Positions 18,965 through 29,302 of a stretch of DNA of 64,000 nt are shown one piece after another. Both the position numbers and the translations under genes were made by a program. Position 1 is the stretch's first letter. Every line of letters starts with the position of its first letter. The notes under the pieces are model-generated. The model was not told the origin of the DNA. It was given only the letters and a program-made list of their open reading frames with translations, and searched no databases. The DNA lies in the sequence record MT710307.1; one strand, given 5' to 3'.

Positions 18965-21703
18965 TTAGACGTTTTCATCTTCCGGATTAATATCCAGAGG
19001 ATCGCCACCATCACCAGCATCGCCATTATCCCCAGCGTTGTTTCCATCGTCAGGGTTAAGAGCGTCATCTGGATTATCGTCTGGATTGTCATCGGGGTTA
19101 TCATCCGGGTTGTCGTCAGGATTATCATCCAGCGGGTTATCGTCTGGGTTATCGTCCAACGGATTGTCATCCAATGGATTATCACCACCACCCCCACCAA
19201 AGTTATCATCCCCGCCACCATCACCACCCATGTCGCGCTGCTTAGCCAACGTCTCAATCTTACCAGCCGTTGTTTTGCCGAGCTGCATGATAGTGTTTGA
19301 AGCTTCACGGATTTCGTCACTGATCATCTTCACGGTCTCAGCACGTTTCTCTTTATCGTAAATCAGGTCGAAGAATTCATTCTCGATACCTTGTTTACGC
19401 AGCCACGTACGAACGTAGAAGTTCTTCACCATAGTCTTAATGGTGTTGGCATCCAGAGAGATACCCGCATCCTGCAACATCGTGGTGATATCATCCGTTA
19501 CCACCAAGTCAGCCAGCTTCTCAATGAACTCTGTGCGTTTGTCGAACAGTTCCATTTGTGAAGAAGCCGCAGACGTATCCGGTGGTGGCAGTGTGACTTT
19601 GATACCGTTGATAAACTGACGCATGTACATAGACGCTTTCGCCACGTACTGATCTTCAGAGGTATCCGGCTCTTTGTCTTTGATGTACTCCACACAGGCT
19701 TTCAGCAGTTCGGCTTGCAGGCTTGGTGAGGACAGCGTGGACGTCACAACATAACGGGTCAGTGGTTTTTGCAGAATCTCTTGCTTCTTCATGATCTTCT
19801 GGGTGACCAGTAGAGACTTGGAGAAGATTTGAGAGGCAAACTCGATGTTATCCGGCGTCAGTACCAAATCCGGGTCAACGTCAGCGATGTGACAGGTACG
19901 ACGCAGTAACTGCTCGTCGAGTTCCTTATCAGGCGCTTTGTAGTCCGGTGTGGTGTCCGACACAGACACTTTGCTGCTCGGGTAGTAGTCGTTCCCCTCA
20001 ACGTTGAACGCGATCCCTGAGTTGGTTGCCATTGACCAGATGTCATCCATGTTCCCCCACATCGGCTGGCGACGGTTAAAGGAGTTCAGGATATCGGACT
20101 TCATGCGGGCAACCGTTTCTTCCCCGTTCATGGCATCCGGTGACAACTGAATGTCGTACTGCATGTGGCGAGCCGAGTTCAGGATAGAGGTGTTCATCGT
20201 CGCGAACAGCAGCGCCATACGCACAGACGAGATAATGAAAGAACGCTCAGTGATAGACACACCAAAGCCGTCTTCATCAAAGTCGGTAGCGAAGTAGCAC
20301 AGGTTCTCAGCCGGAATGTACACCACCTGCGTGTGACGTTTGGCCAGATGGCGCGTCAGCATGATACGGCCAAAGGTTTCTGACACGTTCATGTCCAGCT
20401 CAGCACCACCTAACGCATCACCCAGCGCAACCGCTAACTGGTTTTCAGCAATCTCACCGAAACGGCTAATCAGACGGTTAGCAATCTCAGGCGTTACCTT
20501 CGCGTTACCTTCGCCCATCCCGATGGCAGAACGGTTAATGATGGAGTCGACCATCCCGTCATTATTCAGGTAGTTCATGAAGTTCGCATCGCCGTACAGA
20601 GACGAACGCGCGTTAATGAAGTTACCCAACTCATCGACGATGGCCAGATAGCCGATCGGGTTCATCACGTCATCACCCAATACCAGTGGCATGGTGGATT
20701 CGGCAGGCAGAACACGCTCGGTGTATTCAACGTGGTTCACGTCGTCCATCATCGGCTTCTGCATCTCGCCGTACATCATGGTTTGTGGCGTGGTGCGATA
20801 CGTTTCGTTCAGGTCGGCGATATTGATGCCGTCGTATTTGCGGTCTTGGCTCTCTTTGAAGGCATCCGCTTCAAAAGTCCCGGCCCCGGTAGGCGTTTGA
20901 GGCTTTTCATATGCAGTCTGTTCCAACTGCCCGTAGAAGGACGCCGAGGCGTTCTCGCGCGCAACACGACGGACGGTTTCCGGCATCAAGAAAACGTTGG
21001 GGTTGTCAGTCAGCGTCAGTTTGATAGAAGCCATGTCACCGGCTTTCTTTGAATCGAACATCGCGTCCAGTTTAATCTCGATAGTCTGCGGACCGTCAGG
21101 ACGCGTACGCCCATTCAGTATGCTTTCAATCCCAACTTTACGCTCATCCGGCTTAGAAATCTTACCGAGGATGCCGCGCTGCTGATTAAAGAAATCAATG
21201 CGCTGGTTCTTGACAGATTCCTGTGCGACCCTCGTGTCCAACCCAAACAGTTTATCAAACCCTGAGTCGGAGAGCAGAAGTACCGGCGTTGCACCTTTGA
21301 ATTTAAGGGCATCGTAAATCCACTTGTACAGCTTAGTCGGCAGCTGACGTTTGTTGTCGTGGAACTCACGTTCGATGCGTACCATCTCCTGACGCAGGTC
21401 AAGAGGCATCTCGGCTACGCAATCGTAAATAAGACTGGTGTTCACCAGGTCTTTCGACGACAACAGAGAAGAGGTGGCGATAGTGACAATCGTTTCGAGT
21501 TCAGGCAATGCCTGATAGATACGCTGTGCGTTCTTCGCTGTACGAATACGCGAACTGGCGATACCTGTCAGTTCTGAGCGAGTTGGTGTGGTGCCTCCCT
21601 CCTCGCGCTTACCGCGCTCTTGCGAACCGCTTGGGCCGGTTGCCTTGCGCAGGATGGCGCTAACTGCTGGGTCGCGCGCCTGTAACTTACTAATATCGTC
21701 CAT
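18965..21703 (-). CDS. Portal protein (phiKZ-like), with acidic DDNP-repeat tail
   Basis: 912 aa, minus strand, position and size match my recollection of phiKZ gp129/SPN3US gp81 portal; long acidic disordered C-tail is portal-like. Confidence 0.7.
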   Translation of the reverse strand: MDDISKLQARDPAVSAILRKATGPSGSQERGKREEGGTTPTRSELTGIASSRIRTAKNAQRIYQALPELETIVTIATSSLLSSKDLVNTSLIYDCVAEMPLDLRQEMVRIEREFHDNKRQLPTKLYKWIYDALKFKGATPVLLLSDSGFDKLFGLDTRVAQESVKNQRIDFFNQQRGILGKISKPDERKVGIESILNGRTRPDGPQTIEIKLDAMFDSKKAGDMASIKLTLTDNPNVFLMPETVRRVARENASASFYGQLEQTAYEKPQTPTGAGTFEADAFKESQDRKYDGINIADLNETYRTTPQTMMYGEMQKPMMDDVNHVEYTERVLPAESTMPLVLGDDVMNPIGYLAIVDELGNFINARSSLYGDANFMNYLNNDGMVDSIINRSAIGMGEGNAKVTPEIANRLISRFGEIAENQLAVALGDALGGAELDMNVSETFGRIMLTRHLAKRHTQVVYIPAENLCYFATDFDEDGFGVSITERSFIISSVRMALLFATMNTSILNSARHMQYDIQLSPDAMNGEETVARMKSDILNSFNRRQPMWGNMDDIWSMATNSGIAFNVEGNDYYPSSKVSVSDTTPDYKAPDKELDEQLLRRTCHIADVDPDLVLTPDNIEFASQIFSKSLLVTQKIMKKQEILQKPLTRYVVTSTLSSPSLQAELLKACVEYIKDKEPDTSEDQYVAKASMYMRQFINGIKVTLPPPDTSAASSQMELFDKRTEFIEKLADLVVTDDITTMLQDAGISLDANTIKTMVKNFYVRTWLRKQGIENEFFDLIYDKEKRAETVKMISDEIREASNTIMQLGKTTAGKIETLAKQRDMGGDGGGDDNFGGGGGDNPLDDNPLDDNPDDNPLDDNPDDNPDDNPDDNPDDNPDDALNPDDGNNAGDNGDAGDGGDPLDINPEDENV
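19065..19185 (-). repeat. Coding tandem repeat, 12/15-bp units encoding DDNP(L)
   Basis: GGATTATCGTCT/GGATTGTCATCG/GGGTTATCATCC... synonymous variants of one unit. Confidence 0.9.
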
Positions 21704-21718
21704 TGGGGTCTCCGGAAA

Positions 21719-23902
21719 ATGCAGAGGTTCAATATCTTTAGAGACCAGTCCATCCAGTTGGCGATGTCTTTGATTTTTAAATCAGAAGCCATTGCTGAGC
21801 AGATGAATCTGGCTATAACCGAGAATGGCGGTTATGTGTCGAATGACCGCACAACGTGGCGGTACTACCTGCATTTGGCAGGTCGTCGACATGAAATCGA
21901 CAAACCGATTTTGTTTAAATCGGTCGAAAGCGGCGAGGAAATAGAGCTTACGGTGGCCAACTTGGCTATTCATAAGAAAACCTCGAACGTCTATCGTTCC
22001 AACACCGAGTATATCGAAAACCTCATCGAGGCGTATCCCGACTACGCGGTCTATATAAAAGGTGTCTTTTGGCCTGTGAGTTTGGAACGGGCCGTCTCCC
22101 TAAATGATTGCAGTATCATGTACTACGACTCGAAGTATGTCGAAGCGCAAGAGCAGTCATTGATTCACGATTTAGAAGCCAAGATTCGTGCCACACACGT
22201 CCGATATTTTGCCCAAGGATGGCGTGTACACAACGATGCGTTCGTGCTGGCGTTCTACGACATGCTCTACCCTATGTTGCCTGCCTTTATCATGCAGCTG
22301 CGACATGAGAAGCAGTTCACCGTTGAAACGCACAGCTACTACGTTACTGAGTTCTTGGCTTCGCACCAAGAGCTGCACGAGTTTATTCCTTACCTAACTC
22401 AGAAACAGATGTTCACGCTGTACCGTAACATCCGTTATTGGGAACGCAACTCCGGCAAGAAAGAAATCTTCGATTGGATGGTGGAGACCCTCCTCACCGG
22501 TTGGAGTATGCCTGCCGTGGCGTACAATGTTGGCCAGTTAATTCATGACCCCACCACTGGGTCAGATGAAGACTTAACGCCGAAGCCGACAGGGTACCAG
22601 CAAGCTCTAAACTATAAAGAGCGTACGTCTGGCCGTGATTTGGATTTGGTTGCAACCGCTGACCTCATCCAGAAAGAGTTGTCGTTGGCCTCCGAAAACG
22701 GCCAACACCAAGTTGAGTACCAGACAGACCTAGACACTCGCCTGGGCCTGACGCAATATCCTAACCTGTCCACGAAGCTTGTCGAAGTGACCGCCATTGA
22801 CCCCGAAGCGATTGAGCGTTGGGAGTATATGCACGGCCTCTTTAATGAGTGGTTGCACTTAACGGCCAGTGGAAAGTACAACATTTATCACGACATCCTT
22901 AACCCGACCAACGGGGACACGTTGAAGCTCTCGTCTAAAGAGTTGTTCGCGCTGTACCTGTATGCCGGGTTCAAAGGTTTCTCCAATATTGAGTTGACCA
23001 CCATCCCTGCGTTCCATGCCATGGACGTCCAGATTAAACGCTGGATTACCCCGGAAGAAATGCACAACGCAATCTACCCAGAGAGCTGGGCTGGGCGTTA
23101 CGATGGTATGGTTAACTATTTCGCTGACACACAGTACGAGGTCATCGGGTCGCTGACGAGCAACGATGAGTTGTTCGATGCAATCTCCACGATGTTAGAT
23201 AATAAACGTAAGCGCTACAGTTATGTTTATAACCGTCGTAAGATTCCTGACCGTGCAGCGGGCTTGCAACTGTTTGCTTACATGTATCGCAGCTATCGTT
23301 GCGACTTGGAACTGCCGTATACGGACTATGAAGAGTTCTTCAGAACGTACGGAATCGACCACACATTGATTTCGAATGAGACGTGGCAGGACATTGCAAC
23401 CGATGCGTTCAATATTGCAACAAACATGGAGAACCGGGCGGTTCTGTCTCAGGGTGAGATTCAGCGTGCAATGGTAAGGTTGATGAGTAAGCTCTCATCG
23501 TACACCATCCACTTTGCTGCACGTATGGCGTCTGACTCGTACGACATTACCGATCCTATCACACCGATTCTTGGGGACATACCGGCTTCCGCACACGCGT
23601 CGATGTCGGTTGACCATCCCCATACCGGGGTGCAGGATGTGGCTGTGAAGTCGAAGATGTCCACCTCAACACCGCTCGCGGTGATGCCCGATATCGTCGC
23701 CTTAAAAGCACCCCGTCGTTTGCGATACCAAATGGATATCGCTATGGGTATTCAGGTAACGATGCATCAGCATCAGGTGGTTAACATTTCTGAGCCGTTA
23801 GTGGGCGTGGACGTTACTGAAAACGTAAAAGACAAAGCCTACTTGAGCGATAAGATTGGGAAGCGTGCCCTCGATGGCTTTATTAAGGGCGAGTATTTCT
23901 AA
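21719..23902 (+). CDS. Putative virion structural protein (727 aa; baseplate-type)
   Basis: Divergent from portal; conserved-type phiKZ structural gene by context. Confidence 0.55.
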   Translation: MQRFNIFRDQSIQLAMSLIFKSEAIAEQMNLAITENGGYVSNDRTTWRYYLHLAGRRHEIDKPILFKSVESGEEIELTVANLAIHKKTSNVYRSNTEYIENLIEAYPDYAVYIKGVFWPVSLERAVSLNDCSIMYYDSKYVEAQEQSLIHDLEAKIRATHVRYFAQGWRVHNDAFVLAFYDMLYPMLPAFIMQLRHEKQFTVETHSYYVTEFLASHQELHEFIPYLTQKQMFTLYRNIRYWERNSGKKEIFDWMVETLLTGWSMPAVAYNVGQLIHDPTTGSDEDLTPKPTGYQQALNYKERTSGRDLDLVATADLIQKELSLASENGQHQVEYQTDLDTRLGLTQYPNLSTKLVEVTAIDPEAIERWEYMHGLFNEWLHLTASGKYNIYHDILNPTNGDTLKLSSKELFALYLYAGFKGFSNIELTTIPAFHAMDVQIKRWITPEEMHNAIYPESWAGRYDGMVNYFADTQYEVIGSLTSNDELFDAISTMLDNKRKRYSYVYNRRKIPDRAAGLQLFAYMYRSYRCDLELPYTDYEEFFRTYGIDHTLISNETWQDIATDAFNIATNMENRAVLSQGEIQRAMVRLMSKLSSYTIHFAARMASDSYDITDPITPILGDIPASAHASMSVDHPHTGVQDVAVKSKMSTSTPLAVMPDIVALKAPRRLRYQMDIAMGIQVTMHQHQVVNISEPLVGVDVTENVKDKAYLSDKIGKRALDGFIKGEYF

Positions 23903-23927
23903 TCTATTGACATAAGCGAGAAATTGT

Positions 23928-24452
23928 ATGCCGTATCGTATCGACCTATCGAAACCACCCCACGAAATACTGGTGAATCGCATCAACTACGTCTGGGGTA
24001 CTTCTTATAGACCAGACCAGGTTGAATTCAACAGTCGTGGCGCATGGCCGCTGACGAAAGAAGAACGACGTGCCCGTGGCGTCGAATCTAAAATCGCGGC
24101 ACGATTTAAAAACGGGGTAATGGGCTTTCAGGAGTTCCACCTTACCCGTGCCGACCTGACCGAACTGCTGGAAGGGGTTGTGGTAGAAGTTCCGATGGGT
24201 ATTACGTGGAGCCACTACCTCGTCCCTTACATCATTGATGAGTTAGGTTTACAGTTGGGGCCGTACGATTTGGTGATTGAACCGTTAGAGGGGGATTTCA
24301 CCACGTACGTTGCACGCATCGAACCACACCACCCTTCGTTCAAAGGGACGATTGACATTAAGTTCGTTGACCCGACCCCACGTAAGTTAACCGACCTCGT
24401 CACGAAATACAAACTTGACGGATTCCGCGTAGGAGAATTTTTCGATGGCTAA
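23928..24452 (+). CDS. Putative structural protein (174 aa) sharing features with the LIN..N tail paralogue family
   Basis: ILVNRINYVWG N-terminus, HLTRADLTELL, and terminal LDGF resemble the N-domain of the 56669-64000 paralogues. Confidence 0.5.
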   Translation: MPYRIDLSKPPHEILVNRINYVWGTSYRPDQVEFNSRGAWPLTKEERRARGVESKIAARFKNGVMGFQEFHLTRADLTELLEGVVVEVPMGITWSHYLVPYIIDELGLQLGPYDLVIEPLEGDFTTYVARIEPHHPSFKGTIDIKFVDPTPRKLTDLVTKYKLDGFRVGEFFDG

Positions 24453-25329
24453 TACCAAGGTGTATGACGGTAAGTTGTCCACAGCGACACTTAGCGCCAT
24501 GCGTTTAGCAAGTGCGTTGATTTGTGGTGCCGATGTAAAGTACCCACAGAACTCGACGCTCAATGAGTTTTTCAAACTGATGACCGGTAAGCTGCCTGAC
24601 CCCACGGTACGACCCAGTCTGAAGTATATGTCCATCGGCTTCGCAGGTCACAAATCCATCAAGGTGAAAACCATTGACAGTTTTGTGCCTGTTGCGAAAA
24701 GTCCTACTGCGTCGGGGATGTTCAGTCACGTACCGTTTGTGTTGCGTACCCTTGATAACGACCTGAGTGATGAACAGCGTAAAGATTATGCGTTCCGTAC
24801 TCAAGTCAACGTCGAAGGCCGTAACTACTGGGCGTATTACCTGAAGCGTCTGGATATGCGTTCGGTGCAGACGACCGACCTCGAAACGATCCGTGAAAAC
24901 GGCGTACCGAAGACGGAAGACTTCGTCTACAAAGACAGCGACCTGAACCCAATTCCAAAAGACCTGCCGGACTACGACTACGATGACGACAGCACTGTCC
25001 AAATCCCAGACGGTCGTTATGTTCAGTCAGGTTGCGACATTGTTATCAACTGGTCGGAGTTCGACATTCAGGAATACCTGAACGTAGCCGCCATCATGTT
25101 GGGCGATGCCGGTTCTGCTATCGTGTCTGAAATCGCGCTGTGTTCTGGTGTGGACTTCACCACCGGTGGCCAGTCTGCGACCGGTTCACCGTTCTCGTAC
25201 GAAGAAGCCATTGGGGTACAGGTTCTGTATCACATCAGCCTCTTTACTAACCTTGCACAAACCAACGACCAGCTGGGTCTGACGATTCGTGTGGGTCAGC
25301 CTGCGCCGTTCTATCTGGGACAAGCGTAA
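24445..25329 (+). CDS. Putative virion structural protein (294 aa)
   Basis: AGGAG RBS, coupled; context. Confidence 0.55.
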   Translation: MANTKVYDGKLSTATLSAMRLASALICGADVKYPQNSTLNEFFKLMTGKLPDPTVRPSLKYMSIGFAGHKSIKVKTIDSFVPVAKSPTASGMFSHVPFVLRTLDNDLSDEQRKDYAFRTQVNVEGRNYWAYYLKRLDMRSVQTTDLETIRENGVPKTEDFVYKDSDLNPIPKDLPDYDYDDDSTVQIPDGRYVQSGCDIVINWSEFDIQEYLNVAAIMLGDAGSAIVSEIALCSGVDFTTGGQSATGSPFSYEEAIGVQVLYHISLFTNLAQTNDQLGLTIRVGQPAPFYLGQA

Positions 25330-25979
25330 TGTTGATACCTGAACCGCGTCTCCCGGACAACATGGTGCGGATTGTGGGTGTCGACCCCGGCACCTCACAT
25401 CTCGGGTTAGCGGTTCTGGATTGGGAATATGGCACAGAGCAAGCCGAAGTGGTGTGGGCAGAAACCCTGCACGTCAAAGACCCGACACACGACTCCTCGT
25501 TTGGAGAAACGGTAGGGCGACGTGATGCTCGCATGATACAACTCGAAGCCTTATTCGAGGAGTTCCTTCGGTTAGCTCGACCGACGTTCCTTGCAACAGA
25601 AACCCCGTTCATGAAACGGGGTAAGCTTTCCGCCTATGAGTCCGGTGTTGAATTGCAATTGATGTTGCGCCGTTCCCTGTGGCGCGTCTTTCCGACGAAA
25701 GTCATTCACGGTTATCACCCCATTATTGTGAAATCTTATGTTGGTGTTGATGCGAGAGGCACTGATAAGGAAGACATGAAACGTGCAGTCCAAAAACTGT
25801 ACGCGAACCACACTCATGTCGACCTCAGTACCTTAGACGAACACAGTAACGATGCCGTCGCTGTGTGCAATATCTTCGTGAGGCTTTCACTGCTCAACTT
25901 AAACAGTCTCCTGCCGCCCAAAGAGAAGAAACCGAAAGGCTCCTTTTCCAAACGTCGGCGTAAACGGAAAAGGGGTTAA
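25329..25979 (+). CDS. ruvC: RuvC-like Holliday junction resolvase
   Basis: IVGVDPGTSHLG (D), LATETP (E), HSNDAVAV (D) RNase H-fold catalytic motifs. Confidence 0.85.
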   Translation: MLIPEPRLPDNMVRIVGVDPGTSHLGLAVLDWEYGTEQAEVVWAETLHVKDPTHDSSFGETVGRRDARMIQLEALFEEFLRLARPTFLATETPFMKRGKLSAYESGVELQLMLRRSLWRVFPTKVIHGYHPIIVKSYVGVDARGTDKEDMKRAVQKLYANHTHVDLSTLDEHSNDAVAVCNIFVRLSLLNLNSLLPPKEKKPKGSFSKRRRKRKRG

Positions 25980-25981
25980 CC

Positions 25982-26536
25982 ATGTCACTGTCTCAACAGG
26001 ATGCTACCGCCCAAGCGTTAGATGTCCTTATTCAAGCGGGCACCAACAAGCTCAGCATTGAAGAGGCCAGTAAAGTGAAAGACGCGGCTGCTGCTCTTGG
26101 GCATGCGGATATCATCGATGTCACCAAGCCTGCCAGCGTCATACTGTCTGCTCTGCGTCCGATGTTAATCGCGCAGATTGGCCAGTTGGCAGACAACCTC
26201 GAACAGCGTGCTGTCAGTGCTGTAGAGGGGCTGGATGCGAAGTATGGCAAAGAAACCATGATGACTTTGTGGCCGAACTTTGGTCGTGGGGTGAAGTTCA
26301 TCGTGATGCTGTTAGCGTTGGCGACCGTTGCCATTGCGGGGTACCTTGCGTACTACACCATGCACACGCCAGAAATGGACTCCATGGATGTGGCTATCGT
26401 GGGGCTTACTCCACTGTTTGGTCTGGCGGTGTTCTGCACCTGGCCTATCAAAACACTGGCGTACAGTTCGATGACGATTGCAGCCAAAGTCGTTGAGGCG
26501 AAACTCCAGAAAAAAGCGACCGCAGCCAAGTCGTAA
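25982..26536 (+). CDS. Membrane protein, 2 predicted TM helices (184 aa)
   Basis: VKFIVMLLALATVAIAGYLAYY and VAIVGLTPLFGLAVFCTWPI. Confidence 0.7.
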   Translation: MSLSQQDATAQALDVLIQAGTNKLSIEEASKVKDAAAALGHADIIDVTKPASVILSALRPMLIAQIGQLADNLEQRAVSAVEGLDAKYGKETMMTLWPNFGRGVKFIVMLLALATVAIAGYLAYYTMHTPEMDSMDVAIVGLTPLFGLAVFCTWPIKTLAYSSMTIAAKVVEAKLQKKATAAKS

Positions 26537-26539
26537 GTC

Positions 26540-26574
26540 TCTCGCCCTTCGGGGCGAGATCTTTTCTTTTTTTT
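26540..26574 (+). terminator. Intrinsic terminator (UUCG)
   Basis: TCTCGCCC-TTCG-GGGCGAGA plus T-tract. Confidence 0.85.
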
Positions 26575-26618
26575 GTCTTAATACGCGAGTTGTAATTTAT
26601 GTGAAAACGATTAGGGGG

Positions 26619-27248
26619 ATGACCATGAATCTATTACAGATGCGCGTTCGCACGGCACTGATATCTGCGACGGGGGTTCTGAACGCAATACCGAAGTTGC
26701 CTAAAATAGTGCTCGGTGATGAAATCAGAAAGCGGCTTATTGTCAGTATGCTTGAAGAACAGACGTGGGCGAAGTACAGAACACTTCCTGCGGGTTATTC
26801 TCACGTAAGGCCACCGTATGTGGGTCAAACGTTAGAGCTGCTTAAAACGCTGTTTAAGAGCGCTACTGAGGACGACGTTTATCACGCTTATCGGTGTCTG
26901 GCAAACGCGACAGAGAAACTGCTCGCCCGGAGCTACGGTTTGTGGCCGGAAGGTTTCCCCGAAGAGGGACTCGACAGCGGTTACCCCGGCGGTGCACTGT
27001 TGTTTGACCATGGGGTGTCTTACCGGTTCTACAAGAACTACATCCTTGCAGTTTGGTTAAGACCAACGGTAGACATGAAGGAAATGTCAGTTGCTTCCTA
27101 CATCGACTTCATTTACACACATTGCGGCGACATCGACGTCAAGGGTTATACGGTGCGTGAATTGACACAATCGTTACCTATCGGGGATTTCCTCAGTGAT
27201 GTGCACACCGATTATTTGGAGAGGAAACTATGCTCTACATCGAAGTGA
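26619..27248 (+). CDS. Hypothetical protein (about 209 aa)
   Basis: AGGGGG RBS, ATG 26619 or 26625. Confidence 0.7.
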   Translation: MTMNLLQMRVRTALISATGVLNAIPKLPKIVLGDEIRKRLIVSMLEEQTWAKYRTLPAGYSHVRPPYVGQTLELLKTLFKSATEDDVYHAYRCLANATEKLLARSYGLWPEGFPEEGLDSGYPGGALLFDHGVSYRFYKNYILAVWLRPTVDMKEMSVASYIDFIYTHCGDIDVKGYTVRELTQSLPIGDFLSDVHTDYLERKLCSTSK

Positions 27249-27706
27249 GTCCGGATAAGGTCTCCGGTGACCTGTTCCCCGGATTACGTAAGTGGATTGA
27301 TGACCAGAACGAACACCGGGGTCAGTCCATCCGTGTGGTTATGGCAGTGGAAGATGACATCCCGATGGGTGTGATGGCGTATGCCAATGGCCAGATACTC
27401 TACATCTACGTACCGGAAGAATCGCGCCGGGGTGGTGTTGGTACGGCACTACTGAAACGCGCGGTGCTGGAAAGTAAGGGTTCAGTCGTCAGCGCAAAGG
27501 TGCATCCGTCGAATGTTGATGGATTATGTTTCATGCTCAAGTGCGGCTTCGCTATTGATGGTGTCGTGATCGGTTTGGATAATGTACGTTATCATCGTAT
27601 GACGAATAACATCGTCGTTGTACATACGCCGCCGGAGGAAAAGCACTTAGAAACGTTTGTGACGAATGTGCCGATATTTTTATCGATGGCGGAAGGTAAT
27701 TTCTAG
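27230..27706 (+). CDS. GNAT-family acetyltransferase
   Basis: IYVPEESRRGGVGTALL (motif A); VHPSNVDGLCFMLKCGF (motif B). Confidence 0.8.
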   Translation: MLYIEVSPDKVSGDLFPGLRKWIDDQNEHRGQSIRVVMAVEDDIPMGVMAYANGQILYIYVPEESRRGGVGTALLKRAVLESKGSVVSAKVHPSNVDGLCFMLKCGFAIDGVVIGLDNVRYHRMTNNIVVVHTPPEEKHLETFVTNVPIFLSMAEGNF

Positions 27707-27722
27707 CCGCGAGATTATAACA

Positions 27723-28208
27723 ATGTTACGTGTTGTGTACGAGACACGGTGCTTGGACGATGTCCAATCAAAGCCCGTTTGTCACGCTGAAATCGTGCCC
27801 GCTTCGGCGGTGGACTTAAAAGCGTCCACACTTCGGGGCGTGCCGGTGAAGTTTACACAGTGTGACGAACATCGCGAGAACAAACCTTATAAGACTATAC
27901 CGGCAATGCGGCCCAGTACGCGTAAAAGTTATGCCGACTTAAAGCAAAGACTTTATCGGCATTACCGTCGGAGTGCTTGGAAACAGTTAGTGATGTTAGT
28001 CATTGACGATTTCATTAAGAACCTCGATTGGGAAGAAGTGCTTAAAGAGGCGGGCTTCCGCACTCATTCTTTCACGTACCACTGGCATCAATTCAAAAAA
28101 CAGTACGACCACGAACTTCGTTGGTCACCTGCAACCCGAAAGATGTTTGCGCGTCTTGAGGGGCAGGACTGGCTCCTACCGTATATGGAAGAGGACAAAA
28201 AAACATGA
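27723..28208 (+). CDS. Hypothetical protein (161 aa)
   Basis: ATG 27723, coupled to next gene. Confidence 0.65.
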   Translation: MLRVVYETRCLDDVQSKPVCHAEIVPASAVDLKASTLRGVPVKFTQCDEHRENKPYKTIPAMRPSTRKSYADLKQRLYRHYRRSAWKQLVMLVIDDFIKNLDWEEVLKEAGFRTHSFTYHWHQFKKQYDHELRWSPATRKMFARLEGQDWLLPYMEEDKKT

Positions 28209-28597
28209 TGCGCATTGTAGCAGCTTTTATTTTAACGGTTATTTCGTTTACAGTTTCTGCAAACTTTAATCCCTACGTAATGGAAGGGTTCAAACCTTCC
28301 AATCCGGGGGATGTCCGTGTGAAGTTTACCGAGTTGGATAATCCGACCACGGTAGCGGAGCACGGCGGGTTTGCTGTCGTGAATACAGGCCGGTCAGAAA
28401 AATGCCCCGCAGGGGGTTTTTATCTGGTTAACCTGACTCGCAAGACATATCAGTTCGTCGATGCGGGTTCCTGTCAAAAGGATATTCGTGTGTCATTGTC
28501 TGGCCCATACCCAGACAAACTTTCAGTCGTGACGGAGATTTTGACGTTCACTTACAAGGACATCGTCACGGCCCGATACCCACTCTACAGTTATTGA
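28205..28597 (+). CDS. Secreted/periplasmic protein with signal peptide and 2 Cys (130 aa)
   Basis: MMRIVAAFILTVISFTVSA signal; C67 and C90. Confidence 0.7.
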   Translation: MMRIVAAFILTVISFTVSANFNPYVMEGFKPSNPGDVRVKFTELDNPTTVAEHGGFAVVNTGRSEKCPAGGFYLVNLTRKTYQFVDAGSCQKDIRVSLSGPYPDKLSVVTEILTFTYKDIVTARYPLYSY

Positions 28598-28604
28598 GTG
28601 GCTT

Positions 28605-28638
28605 TCTCTCCCTTCGGGGAGAGATCATTTTATTTTTT
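28605..28638 (+). terminator. Intrinsic terminator (UUCG)
   Basis: TCTCTCCC-TTCG-GGGAGAGA plus T-tract. Confidence 0.85.
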
Positions 28639-28672
28639 AAGTCACCGGTGAATGCTATAGGAGGTGTCAATC

Positions 28673-29275
28673 ATGACCAAAATCTATCGCATTGCTGTAA
28701 TCGGTTCACGGGAAACAGAAGAAGCGACCATGAGCGAAATGTACATGGCGTTGCTGCGTGGGTTCAATATGCTGCACCACAGGGGTTACAAGATTCTGTA
28801 CAGTAGTGGCGGGTGCTGGAAAGGGCCTGACCAGTTACAGTTTAGGTTTGCCCAACAGTGGGCGAATACCATTGACCAAGACACCGGTAAGAAGGTCGTC
28901 TGGGACGACGAGTTCATCTGTTACTTAGCCGATGACAAGAAGATGGGTTGGCTGCCGGGATTGCACCGTAACGTCGACTTCCGTGTAATCGCACAGGACG
29001 AACGCTACCGCGATATCGTGCGAAAGTTACACTCTTACCCTGATAAGCTAAAAGAATTCGCCTGGGCGCTTCATGGGCGCAATTTGAACATCATTATGGG
29101 GGATAATCTGGATACGCCGGTGGACGCCGTCTATTATTCGGCTCCGTTGGATAAACACGGCAACCCAACGGGCGGTACCGCCATGGGTGTGAAGTACGCC
29201 ATGGAGTGTGGCATCCCTTGTTATAACCACGGATACGATGCCCGCAAGTGGCTGGAGACCGTGCGTTTATTATGA
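28673..29275 (+). CDS. SLOG-superfamily (DprA/Smf-like) protein
   Basis: IAVIGSRET, SSGGCWKGPD, GRNLNIIMG, GGTAMGVKYAMECGIP. Confidence 0.75.
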   Translation: MTKIYRIAVIGSRETEEATMSEMYMALLRGFNMLHHRGYKILYSSGGCWKGPDQLQFRFAQQWANTIDQDTGKKVVWDDEFICYLADDKKMGWLPGLHRNVDFRVIAQDERYRDIVRKLHSYPDKLKEFAWALHGRNLNIIMGDNLDTPVDAVYYSAPLDKHGNPTGGTAMGVKYAMECGIPCYNHGYDARKWLETVRLL

Positions 29276-29302
29276 CCCGGCCGCATACCTGAGGAAGCCA
29301 CT

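Noticed and set aside
19038-19361. SSGL-repeat ORF / CRISPR-like repeat
   Set aside because: Antisense of the portal DDNP tail; units are contiguous 12-15 bp with no spacers, so not CRISPR.
25982-26536. Holin call
   Set aside because: Two TMs but no adjacent endolysin or spanin; large soluble N-domain; unsupported.
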